DNA of 61,961 bases, the filler included, from Deltaproteobacteria bacterium (GTDB taxonomy: Bacteria; CG2-30-53-67), in the NCBI GenBank assembly GCA_013151235.1. It is 3 parts of 3 records of this genome, joined end to end, with 100 filler letters (N's around TTAATTAATTAA, not from the genome) between each part and the next. Parts side by side here need not be neighbours in the genome. Positions count along the whole stretch, not along the records: positions 30,516 to 47,780 come from JAADIO010000043.1; positions 47,881 to 61,961 come from JAADIO010000070.1; 1 more part is not named here. One strand, given 5' to 3'. A program made the translations under genes and the position numbers. The number at the start of each line of letters is the position of its first letter. The first letter of the stretch is position 1. This document shows, piece after piece, positions 39,027-48,527 of this stretch. A model generated the notes under the pieces. The model was not told the DNA's origin, ran no database searches, and worked only from the letters and a program-made list of their open reading frames with translations.

Positions 39027-40412
39027 ATGCGTGACAACCATATCAAATTCACTGCTCTGGGGGGGTGCGGCGAGATCGGCGCCAACGCCTATCACCTTGA
39101 GCTCGATGGAACCGGAATCCTTCTGGATGCAGGAATTCACCCCAAGAAGTACGGAAAAGACAGTCTTCCCCTGCTGGAAGGACTTCGCAAAAAAGAGATT
39201 CATGCAATCCTGATCAGTCATTGCCATATCGACCACTTAGGCGCCCTTCCGGTCGTCCTGAAGTATTTTCCGACGCCGAGGATCTTCATGACCGGCCCCT
39301 CCTTCCCCATCTCCATGCGGATGCTGCACAACACGGTCACCGTTATGGAACGGCTGAAGGAAGAAAAGGGCGTCTCCGAGTATCCCTTCTACACACACCA
39401 GGAAATCGACATGATCGCCAACCTCTTTCAGGCGATGGAGTACGGGAAGGCCTTCCGGATTCCCTCCATGAACGGCTATCATCGGGAGGAACTGGAAGGT
39501 CTTTTTCTGGATGCCGGGCACATTCTCGGATCTGCCGGGACCCTGATCCGGGGCAGAGAAAGGACGGTCTTCTATACGGGAGACACCTGCCGGCATGACC
39601 AGACCGTCATCAAAGGCGCCCTCTATCCCAAAGAAGCGATCGATCTTTTGATCCTCGAGAACACCCTCTGCTCCAGTCCGGAAGCGGAACGAAAAAAACG
39701 GGGGAATGAAATCCAGCGTCTCGCTGCGGAAATCCGTCGGGTCATCGACCGGGGAGGAACGGTCCTGATTCCGACCTTTGCGCTGGGCCGGACCCAGGAA
39801 CTCCTCTCGATTCTTAACCGGTTGAAAAAGCGGGACCGCATCCCCGATGTCCCGATCCTGGTCAGCGGTATGGGCAAGGTCTTCTCCAAAATCTATGATC
39901 GGTTCGCCCTCCATACACGCAGGAAGGACCCGGAACTCCTCTTTAAAGATATCCCAACCCGGTCGCTGAACTCCAGAAACTCGCTGACGAAGAAAAGCTT
40001 CAAAAACCCGAGCATCATCGTTGCCACCTCAGGAATGTTGAGCGAAAAAACACCCGCCAATCAGCTCTCCTGGGGAATGGTGGAAAACCCGAAGCATGGG
40101 ATTTTCTTCGTCGGATACCTCGATGAAGACACCCCGGGATTTCAACTCCTGAATACTCCCCAAGGTCAGGAGGTCACCATCGACAGATTGCTTCCCCCCC
40201 GCAAGAAGGTCTGCGATGTCCTCACCTTCCGATTTTCAGCCCATTCTCACCGGCAAGAGATCCTGCAGATTGTAGAGGACCTGACGCCTAAAAAGGTGAT
40301 TCTCGTTCACGGAGAAACCGGATCGGTCGGTTGGACGGCGGAGATGATCCGGCAGATGGAAAAGGGGATCGAGGTGATCATCCCGGAGTTGGGAAAGGAG
40401 ATCTGCTTGTAG
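39027..40412 (+). CDS. MBL-fold beta-CASP ribonuclease
   Basis: LGGCGEIG, SHCHIDH, AGHILGSA, YTGD, FALGRTQE, FSAH, LVHGE. Confidence 0.92.
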   Translation: MRDNHIKFTALGGCGEIGANAYHLELDGTGILLDAGIHPKKYGKDSLPLLEGLRKKEIHAILISHCHIDHLGALPVVLKYFPTPRIFMTGPSFPISMRMLHNTVTVMERLKEEKGVSEYPFYTHQEIDMIANLFQAMEYGKAFRIPSMNGYHREELEGLFLDAGHILGSAGTLIRGRERTVFYTGDTCRHDQTVIKGALYPKEAIDLLILENTLCSSPEAERKKRGNEIQRLAAEIRRVIDRGGTVLIPTFALGRTQELLSILNRLKKRDRIPDVPILVSGMGKVFSKIYDRFALHTRRKDPELLFKDIPTRSLNSRNSLTKKSFKNPSIIVATSGMLSEKTPANQLSWGMVENPKHGIFFVGYLDEDTPGFQLLNTPQGQEVTIDRLLPPRKKVCDVLTFRFSAHSHRQEILQIVEDLTPKKVILVHGETGSVGWTAEMIRQMEKGIEVIIPELGKEICL

Positions 40413-40447
40413 AAACAGAAGATCGCCAAGAGCAAAAACCGGAAAAG

Positions 40448-40466
40448 GACTTTTTACGACTTCATC
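40448..40466. repeat. Isolated right terminal repeat of MITE family A
   Basis: gactttttacgacttcatc followed by aaaggt (A-N4-T). Confidence 0.6.
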
Positions 40467-40558
40467 AAAGGTAAACTTGCAACAGATTTTGATTTTGACC
40501 AAGATTTGAATATGCAGTTGCAGTTCTTGGGATCCTTCGTGTGTTTGGCGAGAGGCGG

Positions 40559-41530
40559 TTATCTTTTTTCCCGGATCATCTCCAGCGCTACACCCGCAGC
40601 ACCAATGAGACCGGCGTTGTCTCCTAATTTCGCCTTCAAAATCTTCGCCCGTTTCCTGGGCACGACAAAGGCCCGGGCCCGCACTTCTTCGTTAACAATT
40701 TCTATAAAATCCTTCCAGGCCGCCGTCACACCGCCGGAAAGGACGACCATGTCGGGATTGAAGAGATTTACCAGGTTGGCAATCCCGATCCCGAGGTAGC
40801 GTCCCATCTGCTCGATCACCTTCAGGGAGACCCGGTCCCCTTTCTTCGCTGCCCGAAAGACATCTTCAGCCCGGAAGAAATCCTCCCGTCCCTGGAAACT
40901 TTTTTTCAAAAGGGAACCTTCCCTTTTCATACGCCGCCGAACTTCACTAACGATCCCGGTGGCCGAGGCATACACTTCCAGGCAACCCGTATTTCCGCAC
41001 TTGCATTGGGGGCCGTCCGGATTGACCGTGGTATGACCTACCTCGGCGGCCATCCCATCTTCCCCATGCCAGACCTTCCCGTCAAGAATGATTCCACCCC
41101 CGACACCGGTCCCAAGCGTCAGGCATATGAGGCTGTTGGCTCCCTTGCCGACGCCGACCCATTTTTCCCCAAAGGCCGCCGCATTGGCATCATTCTCTAC
41201 AACAACAGGGAGAGCAAATTCCTTTCGGATCATTTCTTTCAGGGGGACATTCAGCCAGTCGGGCAGGTTGGGAGAAGAAACGATGATTCCCCGACGGGCC
41301 AGGATCACACCGGGGACGCCGACGCCGATAGCCACCGCTTTGCGCCCCTCCCGCTTTTCCCGTTCCAGAGCATGCCGGATCCTTCGGACCAACTTTTCGA
41401 TGACGGCATCTTTCCCGCACTCCCCTTCCGTTGAAGCCTTGCGACGCTGGAAGATCTCTCCCCGAAAGGAGATCCCGGCGACCCGGATATTCGTCCCGCC
41501 GAGATCGACACCGATTAATGATTTACGCAT
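40559..41530 (-). CDS. glk: ROK-family glucokinase
   Basis: GVDLGGT, ENDANAAA.GE, TLGTGVGGG, EVGH, CKCGNTGCLE. Confidence 0.92.
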   Translation of the reverse strand: MRKSLIGVDLGGTNIRVAGISFRGEIFQRRKASTEGECGKDAVIEKLVRRIRHALEREKREGRKAVAIGVGVPGVILARRGIIVSSPNLPDWLNVPLKEMIRKEFALPVVVENDANAAAFGEKWVGVGKGANSLICLTLGTGVGGGIILDGKVWHGEDGMAAEVGHTTVNPDGPQCKCGNTGCLEVYASATGIVSEVRRRMKREGSLLKKSFQGREDFFRAEDVFRAAKKGDRVSLKVIEQMGRYLGIGIANLVNLFNPDMVVLSGGVTAAWKDFIEIVNEEVRARAFVVPRKRAKILKAKLGDNAGLIGAAGVALEMIREKR

Positions 41531-43726
41531 TCACACACTCCACATGATCGCTTCAAAATCCTTCGAAGGGACCTCAAAGGAGAGATAGGCACCCAACGGC
41601 CATTTTTCCAATTCCATCTGTTCCCGTTTGACGAGAACAAAAAAACTAACCTGCTGACCAACGGGCACGTTCAAGGCAACAAAGGGAATTCCCATCTCGA
41701 TAATCCGGTCATAGGCGACCCTGGAAAGTTCTTGTTCCTGATTCTCTCCGCGGAGGAATTTGGCCCGCAATTTACCTTTTTCAAAAAACGCAACGATACG
41801 AATCCCGGGTGGCCCGACAAAATGAATCTCGAAAGTTAAGGATTGGAAGAGTTCCGCATCGAGATTCCGCGTCGGATCCATGCGAAGATAGAAGGTATCA
41901 AGGTCAAAGCCGTAGTAGATCCGCCGGATCAGGGAATCCGCTTGGTGCATGGTACCGCCCACGGTGGATACATCATAGAGGGCGGCGGGAATCCATTCGT
42001 AATAATTCGTCACCTGTCCGTCGATCTCGGGATACATGAAGGCGGTAATCTCCGATGTAATCTCCACCCTCTTCTCCCGAAGAATGGGCAGGAAGAGATG
42101 GTCCGGAGGGTCCTCCCCCATCAGGGTGTAGACATTGGCCAGATGTTTCCGGTAGAGTTCATCGAAATCCCGGTCGTTCTGGGAGGAATGGTCGTCCCCG
42201 TACCACCAGTTCCAGTCGCTTCCTTCGGCAATAAAGATCTCCTTCCAGGCCCGCTCTAATTTCTCCGGATCGATATTCCCCTTCTTTTCCTGTTCCGTAC
42301 GCACCAGAAATTCCCGCGTTTCGTAGAGAGCATCCCAGGAAAGATTGTCTTCCTCATGCCCGATCCAGACACGAAAGTTATGGTTGATCCAGGAACCGGC
42401 ATGAAGGCGGGATAAGGTTGTCTCCGGTGGAAAACGATCGAGATAGCTGCGAACTGTCGTGGTCTCGATCAGGGGATCATGACTCAAGCGGGTGTAGAGT
42501 TCCGTGAAGAAGTCCCAGCCGTCGTTCCTGTAGTGCTCCCATGCATTTTCCCCGTCAAGAATGATCGTTACCAGCGGCGCCTTTCGGCTCCCCAGCGCGG
42601 CATCCCGGATCTGATGCAGGTGATGGAGAAAGTCCTTCGCCGCATCGGCCGGATCCCACCGGGAATAAACGAACCCGATGAGATCCGAAAGTCCGTGATC
42701 CCGGAAGAGGATATCGAGTTCCCGGCCGTCTACCTTCACCCGGTAGGGCTGAAAAAGAAAATCCTTCTTTTCCTTCTTCGCCTTCACCAAGTCCGGGAGA
42801 AGGGAACAGGTCAGAATCTCCTCGTCGGTGGCGATCCAATGAATTCCGGCATCGGAGATAATCGGGATGATCTCCTCCGACACGGAGCCCTCCGAAGGCC
42901 ACATCCCCACAGGTTTCGACCCGAACAGTTTTTCATGGTAGGCCGTGGCCATCTCAATTTGTTTACGTGCATCTTCGGGATGGATGAAGGTCCGCCGGGG
43001 CAGGGTAATCTGCGGACAGGCATCCCGGGCGCGATCGGTGTTGCAGAGAAGCGGCAGGATCGGATGATAAAATGGCGTGGTGGAGATCTCCACCTGCCCG
43101 GTTGCGGAAAGAGCCCGGTACTCGGGAACAATCCTCCGCAACACCTCAATCTGCTTCTGCATCAAAAGGCCCTTCTCTTCTTCGGTAAAACCTTCTCCCT
43201 TTCGCAACAGATTCTTCAGAAAGGGGTCATTCTTTTTAAAGAGCGGGTCGAACCAGGTAAGATTGAACCAGACCTGGAGGTCGAGAAAGTCCTGTTCATT
43301 AAAAATCTTTTCCACCTGTTCCAGCCGGTTTTCATCCGCCCGGAAGCCCCGTTTCTTCAGCAGGTGCCAGTAGCGAGGCCAGGGCTTGATCATATTCTCC
43401 CACTCGGCGAAAAAGAAATTGTGGAGGATGGAAATACGTTCCGCCTTTTTCAAATCCTTCGCCGGTTTCAGGGAGAGATCGGCAAAGAAATCTTTGGCCT
43501 GATGGTCGGTGTAATCTTCGAGCTGTTCAAGGAGGCAGGGAACGAGATTGAAGTTCTGGTGGATCGAAGGAAACTCCCGAAGGATGGAGACCATATCGAA
43601 ATAATCTTTGATCCCATGCATCCGCACCCAGGGAAGACGGTACTCCCGCGTAACCAGATCTTTGTAGTAGGGCTGGTGCATGTGCCAGATGATCGCGAGA
43701 TAAATGGGATCCCGGCTCGTGGGCAT
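41531..43726 (-). CDS. GH57 glycoside hydrolase (amylopullulanase-type)
   Basis: WHMHQP, PWVRMH, YHPILPLL, WPSEG, ILDGENAWE, AEGSDWNWW. Confidence 0.92.
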   Translation of the reverse strand: MPTSRDPIYLAIIWHMHQPYYKDLVTREYRLPWVRMHGIKDYFDMVSILREFPSIHQNFNLVPCLLEQLEDYTDHQAKDFFADLSLKPAKDLKKAERISILHNFFFAEWENMIKPWPRYWHLLKKRGFRADENRLEQVEKIFNEQDFLDLQVWFNLTWFDPLFKKNDPFLKNLLRKGEGFTEEEKGLLMQKQIEVLRRIVPEYRALSATGQVEISTTPFYHPILPLLCNTDRARDACPQITLPRRTFIHPEDARKQIEMATAYHEKLFGSKPVGMWPSEGSVSEEIIPIISDAGIHWIATDEEILTCSLLPDLVKAKKEKKDFLFQPYRVKVDGRELDILFRDHGLSDLIGFVYSRWDPADAAKDFLHHLHQIRDAALGSRKAPLVTIILDGENAWEHYRNDGWDFFTELYTRLSHDPLIETTTVRSYLDRFPPETTLSRLHAGSWINHNFRVWIGHEEDNLSWDALYETREFLVRTEQEKKGNIDPEKLERAWKEIFIAEGSDWNWWYGDDHSSQNDRDFDELYRKHLANVYTLMGEDPPDHLFLPILREKRVEITSEITAFMYPEIDGQVTNYYEWIPAALYDVSTVGGTMHQADSLIRRIYYGFDLDTFYLRMDPTRNLDAELFQSLTFEIHFVGPPGIRIVAFFEKGKLRAKFLRGENQEQELSRVAYDRIIEMGIPFVALNVPVGQQVSFFVLVKREQMELEKWPLGAYLSFEVPSKDFEAIMWSV

Positions 43727-43771
43727 TGATTCCTCCTCATCCCCCGGCTTTCATCCGGGCGACGACCGTCA

Positions 43772-44158
43772 TCAGGGAACATCCTTCTTCGGGGACAACG
43801 CCCCCTCCACATCATGGATCCGGTCGGAATGAAAGAGATAAACGATCTCATCCTTCCGGACCATCCCCAACTCATCCCGGGCGATCTTCTCCACCACAAA
43901 AGGATCGTGACGAGCCGATTTGATCTTCACCCTGAGTCCCCCGTTCTCCTTCACCAGGGCGGCGTTCTCCCGAACCCACCACTGACGGGCCTGTTCCATT
44001 CTATGCAACTGGAAAAGACTTTTATCCCCCAACAACGAGGTAAAAAGGAGAAAAACGGCGGAGAGAAAAGCAATCATCGCCAGGGCAAACTTTAGATTCC
44101 GCTGTTCACGGGCCGGGTTCTTCCTTTGACTTCCCCTGGACGAGCGTTGTTTCTTCAT
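43772..44158 (-). CDS. ftsB: Septum formation initiator (FtsB/DivIC)
   Basis: One TM helix, GDKS, coiled coil, VEKIARDELGMVRKDE. Confidence 0.88.
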   Translation of the reverse strand: MKKQRSSRGSQRKNPAREQRNLKFALAMIAFLSAVFLLFTSLLGDKSLFQLHRMEQARQWWVRENAALVKENGGLRVKIKSARHDPFVVEKIARDELGMVRKDEIVYLFHSDRIHDVEGALSPKKDVP

Positions 44159-44173
44159 TTTCCCCTGACCGGA

Positions 44174-45592
44174 TCAGTTCAGAATAAAATCCCGACCGGC
44201 CGATGTCAAAGCATCGAGCGTTGCCTCCGATGCGGCATCGATATAAAACCGGGCGACCGGTTCCGTCCCCGAGAGACGCATCAAGACCCAACTGCCGTCA
44301 TCCAGAATCAACTTCATCCCGTCAATCGTCACCACTTGCGCGACCTTTCGGCCGGCAAAGGATACCGGAGGATCCGACATTTTTACGGCAAGGTTCTCTT
44401 TCACGGACGGTGTCAGTTTCAGGTTCACCCGGCGGGTCAGGACGGTACCCACTTTCTCGTAGATCGCTGCAAGAAGTTCCCCGACGGATTTTCCCTCCCG
44501 GGCCACCATCTCGGCCACCAGAAGACCGGCAAGAATTCCGTCTTTCTCCGGGACATGTCCCCGGATGGTGAGGCCGGAACTCTCCTCGCCTCCAATCACC
44601 ACCTTTCCATGAGCGATCAGATCGCCGATATACTTGAATCCCACCGGGGTCTCATAAACCTTCCGGCCGTGAAGTTCCGCCACCCGGTCGATCAGGTGGG
44701 AAGAGGCCACGGACCGGGCTACCCCTCCTTCCCAGCCGCGGGTTCGGATCAAATAATCGAGGAGAAGGGCGATGATCATGTTCGCTTCGATATATTTTCC
44801 ACCCCGATCAACGATCCCGAAGCGGTCGGCATCCCCGTCGGTTCCGAGGCCTAAGTCGAGCCCCTCTTCCCGGACGGCGGCAATCATCTCGTGAATATGC
44901 TCTTCCGAAGGCTCGGGCGGCTTTCCGCCGAAATAGGGATCCCGCCGGTTATGCAACAGGCGGACCTTCAAACCGGTCTCTTCCAGCAAACGGTCCAGGT
45001 ATCCCCGGCTGGTCCCGAACATCGGATCAACAGCCACCTTCAGACCGGACGAACGGATCACCTCGAAGTCAACCAGTTCACGGATTCTCTTCAGGTAAGC
45101 CTTCCGGCCATCGAAAAAGCGGATCAATCCCTGCTTTCTCCCCTCCTCAAAAGGGAGGAAGGCAAATCGTTTCCCGACCATCCCGGCACGGGCAAGCGCC
45201 TCGATCCGTTTCGTCGTCTCCGGCAGGGCCGGCCCACCCCAGGCGGGGGAAAATTTCAGCCCGTTGTATTGGGAAGGATTATGACTCGCGGTAAAGTTGA
45301 TCGCCCCTGCCGCGGCACATTGCAGAATCTCGTAAGAAAGGGCCGGTGTCGGGATGTCCCGGTCACTGAGAAGGATCTGAATCCCGTTTCCGGCCAGGAC
45401 AGAGGCCGCCGCTTCGGCGAACCGATCCGACAGAAAGCGGGGATCATAGCCGATGAGGATTCCCTTGCTTTTCAATCCGGACTCAACAATATGGTCGGCG
45501 ATTGCCTGGGTGACGACCTTCACATTTTCGAAGGTAAAATCATCAGCAATCACTCCCCGCCACCCGGACGTACCAAAGTGGATCTCCGCCAT
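44174..45592 (-). CDS. Phosphoglucomutase/phosphomannomutase
   Basis: FGTSGWRG, TASHNP, DGDADR, GEESSG, RLSGTEP. Confidence 0.95.
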   Translation of the reverse strand: MAEIHFGTSGWRGVIADDFTFENVKVVTQAIADHIVESGLKSKGILIGYDPRFLSDRFAEAAASVLAGNGIQILLSDRDIPTPALSYEILQCAAAGAINFTASHNPSQYNGLKFSPAWGGPALPETTKRIEALARAGMVGKRFAFLPFEEGRKQGLIRFFDGRKAYLKRIRELVDFEVIRSSGLKVAVDPMFGTSRGYLDRLLEETGLKVRLLHNRRDPYFGGKPPEPSEEHIHEMIAAVREEGLDLGLGTDGDADRFGIVDRGGKYIEANMIIALLLDYLIRTRGWEGGVARSVASSHLIDRVAELHGRKVYETPVGFKYIGDLIAHGKVVIGGEESSGLTIRGHVPEKDGILAGLLVAEMVAREGKSVGELLAAIYEKVGTVLTRRVNLKLTPSVKENLAVKMSDPPVSFAGRKVAQVVTIDGMKLILDDGSWVLMRLSGTEPVARFYIDAASEATLDALTSAGRDFILN

Positions 45593-45749
45593 TCTTTCCC
45601 CCTCTATGGTTCTCTGAAATTCAGATGAAATCATAGCACAACAAGGGGAGGATGCAAACGGATTTTTCGGATTCGAGCCTGACCAGTCCGGCAGACGGAC
45701 CTTCTACTGATCTGTTTACGTTATGTGAACGACAGGGGAAAGCACTCCA

Positions 45750-46478
45750 TCATCCATGATCATTTACGGCCCAGTCGACCTGCCGGAGGATCCCCCGGAG
45801 GATCCGCACCTCCCGGTCATTTAATTTTGCCCGGCCGAAAATCCGCCGGAGATCCCGCATGATGTGCCGGGGATTCTCCCGATTTAGAAAGCCGATCCGG
45901 GACAGGGTCTCTTCCATCTGAGAAAACATCTGCTCCTGTAGTACGGAATCAGCAATAGAGCGATCCGCCCTTCCCGACGCACCTCCATCCACGGCATAGA
46001 TCTCGTAGGCAATCACCATAACCGCATGGGAGAGATTGAGGGAGGGAAAGGCCGGGTGCGACGGGATCGTCACGAATTCATGGCAGAGATCGAGTTCCTC
46101 GTTGGAAAGGCCGTGATCTTCCGTCCCGAAGAGAAGAGCGATCCGGTCGTCGGGATGGACCGTCAAAAGGCGTTTTGCCATCTCCCGGGGCAAACGGCTC
46201 TCTCCCTGAAAGCGGGGCCGGTCGGGGGGAACGGTCCCCACAACAAGATTGCATCCGGCAAGAGCCGCAGGAAGATCGACGAAGACCTCCGCCCGGTGGA
46301 GGATCTCCTTCGCCGACACAGCCATCCACTCGGCAATCTCGGCCCTGTGATCGCAGGGTTGGACAAGCCGGAGCCTCGACAACCCCATGTTTTTCATCGC
46401 CCGCACAACGGAACCGACATTGCCGGGATGGAGGGGGTGGGAGAGTACAACAGTGATCCGGTCAAGATGTTCTTTCAT
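45750..46478 (-). CDS. trmJ: TrmJ/LasT SPOUT RNA methyltransferase
   Basis: PGNVGSVVRAMKNMG, FGTEDHGLSNEEL, SLNLSHAV, EVRILRGI. Confidence 0.9.
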   Translation of the reverse strand: MKEHLDRITVVLSHPLHPGNVGSVVRAMKNMGLSRLRLVQPCDHRAEIAEWMAVSAKEILHRAEVFVDLPAALAGCNLVVGTVPPDRPRFQGESRLPREMAKRLLTVHPDDRIALLFGTEDHGLSNEELDLCHEFVTIPSHPAFPSLNLSHAVMVIAYEIYAVDGGASGRADRSIADSVLQEQMFSQMEETLSRIGFLNRENPRHIMRDLRRIFGRAKLNDREVRILRGILRQVDWAVNDHG

Positions 46479-46505
46479 TTTTTTCCTTGGAAAAAACCTC
46501 AAGGA

Positions 46506-46534
46506 TTGCAATTGCATCTTTTGCAGTGTATAGT
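46506..46534 (+). promoter_or_regulatory. sigma70 promoter of selD
   Basis: TTGCAA-17-TATAGT. Confidence 0.55.
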
Positions 46535-46575
46535 TTTTTCAGAAGGGATGCAAGATCCGACCTGCTCTAAACATT

Positions 46576-46706
46576 GATGAAGTCGTAAAAAGTCGTTTTC
46601 CGGATTCCGTTCATGGTTCGACAGGCTCACCACGAACGGAATATCAATCACTTACACCGTTCGCCTGAGCTTGTCGAAGGGCTTCGTGACTTTTTACGAC
46701 ACCATC
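46576..46706. mobile_element. MITE family A copy, 6-bp TSD AACATT
   Basis: gatgaagtcgtaaaaagtc...gactttttacgacaccatc flanked by aacatt. Confidence 0.92.
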
Positions 46707-46728
46707 AACATTGTACCAGGAGGAATGA

Positions 46729-47780
46729 ATGGGACTTTTCAACAAAAAGACGCGGCTCATGAGTCTTTCCAGCGGCGCCGGCTGAGCCTGCAAACTCAGT
46801 CCTTCGGACCTGGCCCAAGTTCTGGGACAGCTGCCCAAAATCGATGATCCCAATGTTCTGATCGGGAGCAACACCGCCGACGATTGTGCCGTTTATCGCA
46901 TCAACGATCACCAGGCCCTGGTACAGACCGTCGACTATTTCACCCCGGTAGTGGACGACCCCTTCCGGTACGGGGAAATTGCGGCCGCCAACGCCCTCTC
47001 CGATATTTACGCCATGGGGTGTAAACCATTAATCGCACTCAACATCATCGGATTCCCAGGGAACCTCCCCATGGGAATCATGGCAAAAATTCTCCAGGGA
47101 GGGGCATCCAAAGCGGCCGAGGCGGGAATTCCCATTGTCGGGGGCCACACCATCAACGACCGTGAACCCAAATACGGCCTTGTCGTCACGGCCATCGCAA
47201 AGATCGAAGAGATCCTGACCAACGCCGGAGCAGAAGTGGGCGACGAGCTGGTCCTGACTAAGCCACTGGGATCGGGAATCGGGATCACTGCAACAAAAGC
47301 CGGGGCCGGAGGAGAGGCACTGGTGGAAGAAATCACCAGCCTCATGTCGACGTTGAACAAAGATGCAGCAACGGCCATAAAATCCGTCTCCCCCCATGCC
47401 GTAACCGACGTAACCGGATTCGGTCTTTTAGGACACCTCCATGAGATGACGGCGGCCTCGAAAGTCGGCGCCGAAATCCTGTTTGATCAGGTGCCGCTGC
47501 TTCCCTCGCTTCCGGACCTGGCCCGGAAAGGATATATCCCCGGCGGAACCAGGACCAATCTGAAATTTCTCGATGGGGACGTTCTCTGGGAAGAGGGAGT
47601 CTCCGAGATCGACCGTCTCATTCTCTGCGATGCACAGACTTCGGGAGGCCTTCTAATCTCCGTTCATCCTGGGGAAAGTGATCAGCTGATCAAAGAATTA
47701 CAGAAGGTGGGAGCCCTCGCCTCCCACCGGATCGGAACCATTATTGACGATCCTTCGGGAAAGATCCGGGTTCGCTCAAA
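46729..47780 (+). CDS. selD: Selenide,water dikinase, selenocysteine-containing (UGA at 46783-46785); 3' end at the contig break
   Basis: AGGAGG then MGLFNKKTRLMSLSSGAG-UGA-ACKL...DDCAVY...QTVDYFTP, in frame with ANALSDIYAM, GGHT, TDVTGFGLLGH and DAQTSGGLL. Confidence 0.95.
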
Positions 47781-47880
47781 NNNNNNNNNNNNNNNNNNNN
47801 NNNNNNNNNNNNNNNNNNNNNNNNTTAATTAATTAANNNNNNNNNNNNNNNNNNNNNNNNNNNNNNNNNNNNNNNNNNNN
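47781..47880. other. Assembly spacer
   Basis: N run containing TTAATTAATTAA. Confidence 0.97.
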
Positions 47881-47932
47881 TGGATCAAGGTAAGCCAAGA
47901 GCAGACTTGACCCCTTGGGGAGTGGATTTGGG

Positions 47933-47961
47933 TTGACTCTTCCGGGTTTCTTCAATATATT
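47933..47961 (+). promoter_or_regulatory. sigma70 promoter of the zinc-ribbon cassette
   Basis: TTGACT-17-TATATT. Confidence 0.6.
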
Positions 47962-48018
47962 TACATTGTATATGGAATGAAGAAGAAATTTCATTGTTTG
48001 GAAAGGAATGAATGAGCG

Positions 48019-48228
48019 ATGCCCTTTTACGAATATTCCTGTTCTGCATGTGGTGAAATTTTTGAGATCCTCCAGAGACTCGGCGCTTCGGCCGAGGGGG
48101 TGCAGTGCCCGAAGTGTGGCCAGGGTGATTGCACAAAACTGATGTCCGCTTCAACAATTCATGGATCCTGCGGTGATGGACTCACGCAGGGAGGCGGCGG
48201 CTGTGTTCCCCGTGGTGGGTTTTCGTGA
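48019..48228 (+). CDS. FmdB-family zinc-ribbon protein; the terminal UGA may be Sec (extension to 48237 or beyond)
   Basis: MPFYEYSCSACGEIFE...CPKCG...KLMS motif, and a Gly/Cys tail ending GGFS-UGA-GS-UGA followed by a hairpin. Confidence 0.88.
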   Translation: MPFYEYSCSACGEIFEILQRLGASAEGVQCPKCGQGDCTKLMSASTIHGSCGDGLTQGGGGCVPRGGFS

Positions 48229-48264
48229 GGGAGTTGATCCCTGCCGTCGGCAGGAGTAGCCATT

Positions 48265-48420
48265 ATGAATGAAATCTGGGTCTGGGTCATTCTGACCGTT
48301 TTTATTGCTTTGCTCGGCCTTCTCTCCTACAAGGGGGGCGGGTGAGGCTGGAAGAAAGTTCCCCCGGCGGGGGAATCAAGAGAAAACTGCCGTAAAAAGC
48401 ATCCCGGTCGATCTGCGTAA
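48265..48420 (+). CDS. Small single-pass membrane protein, candidate selenoprotein (UGA at 48343-48345)
   Basis: AGGAG at 48252-56. MNEIWVWVILTVFIALLGLLSYKGGG-UGA-GWKKVPPAGESRENCRKKHPGRSA-TAA, with a 7-bp hairpin after the UGA. It is 26 aa if UGA is a stop. Confidence 0.55.
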
Positions 48421-48527
48421 TTCCGGTGTTTCTTTCCATCTTTTTTATTATTCGGGTTTTTAATAGATGATCTTACCCCACTTCGCAAAAAGGGGCAAGG
48501 AGGGGACCTGTGCCGGTTTCTACAGGA

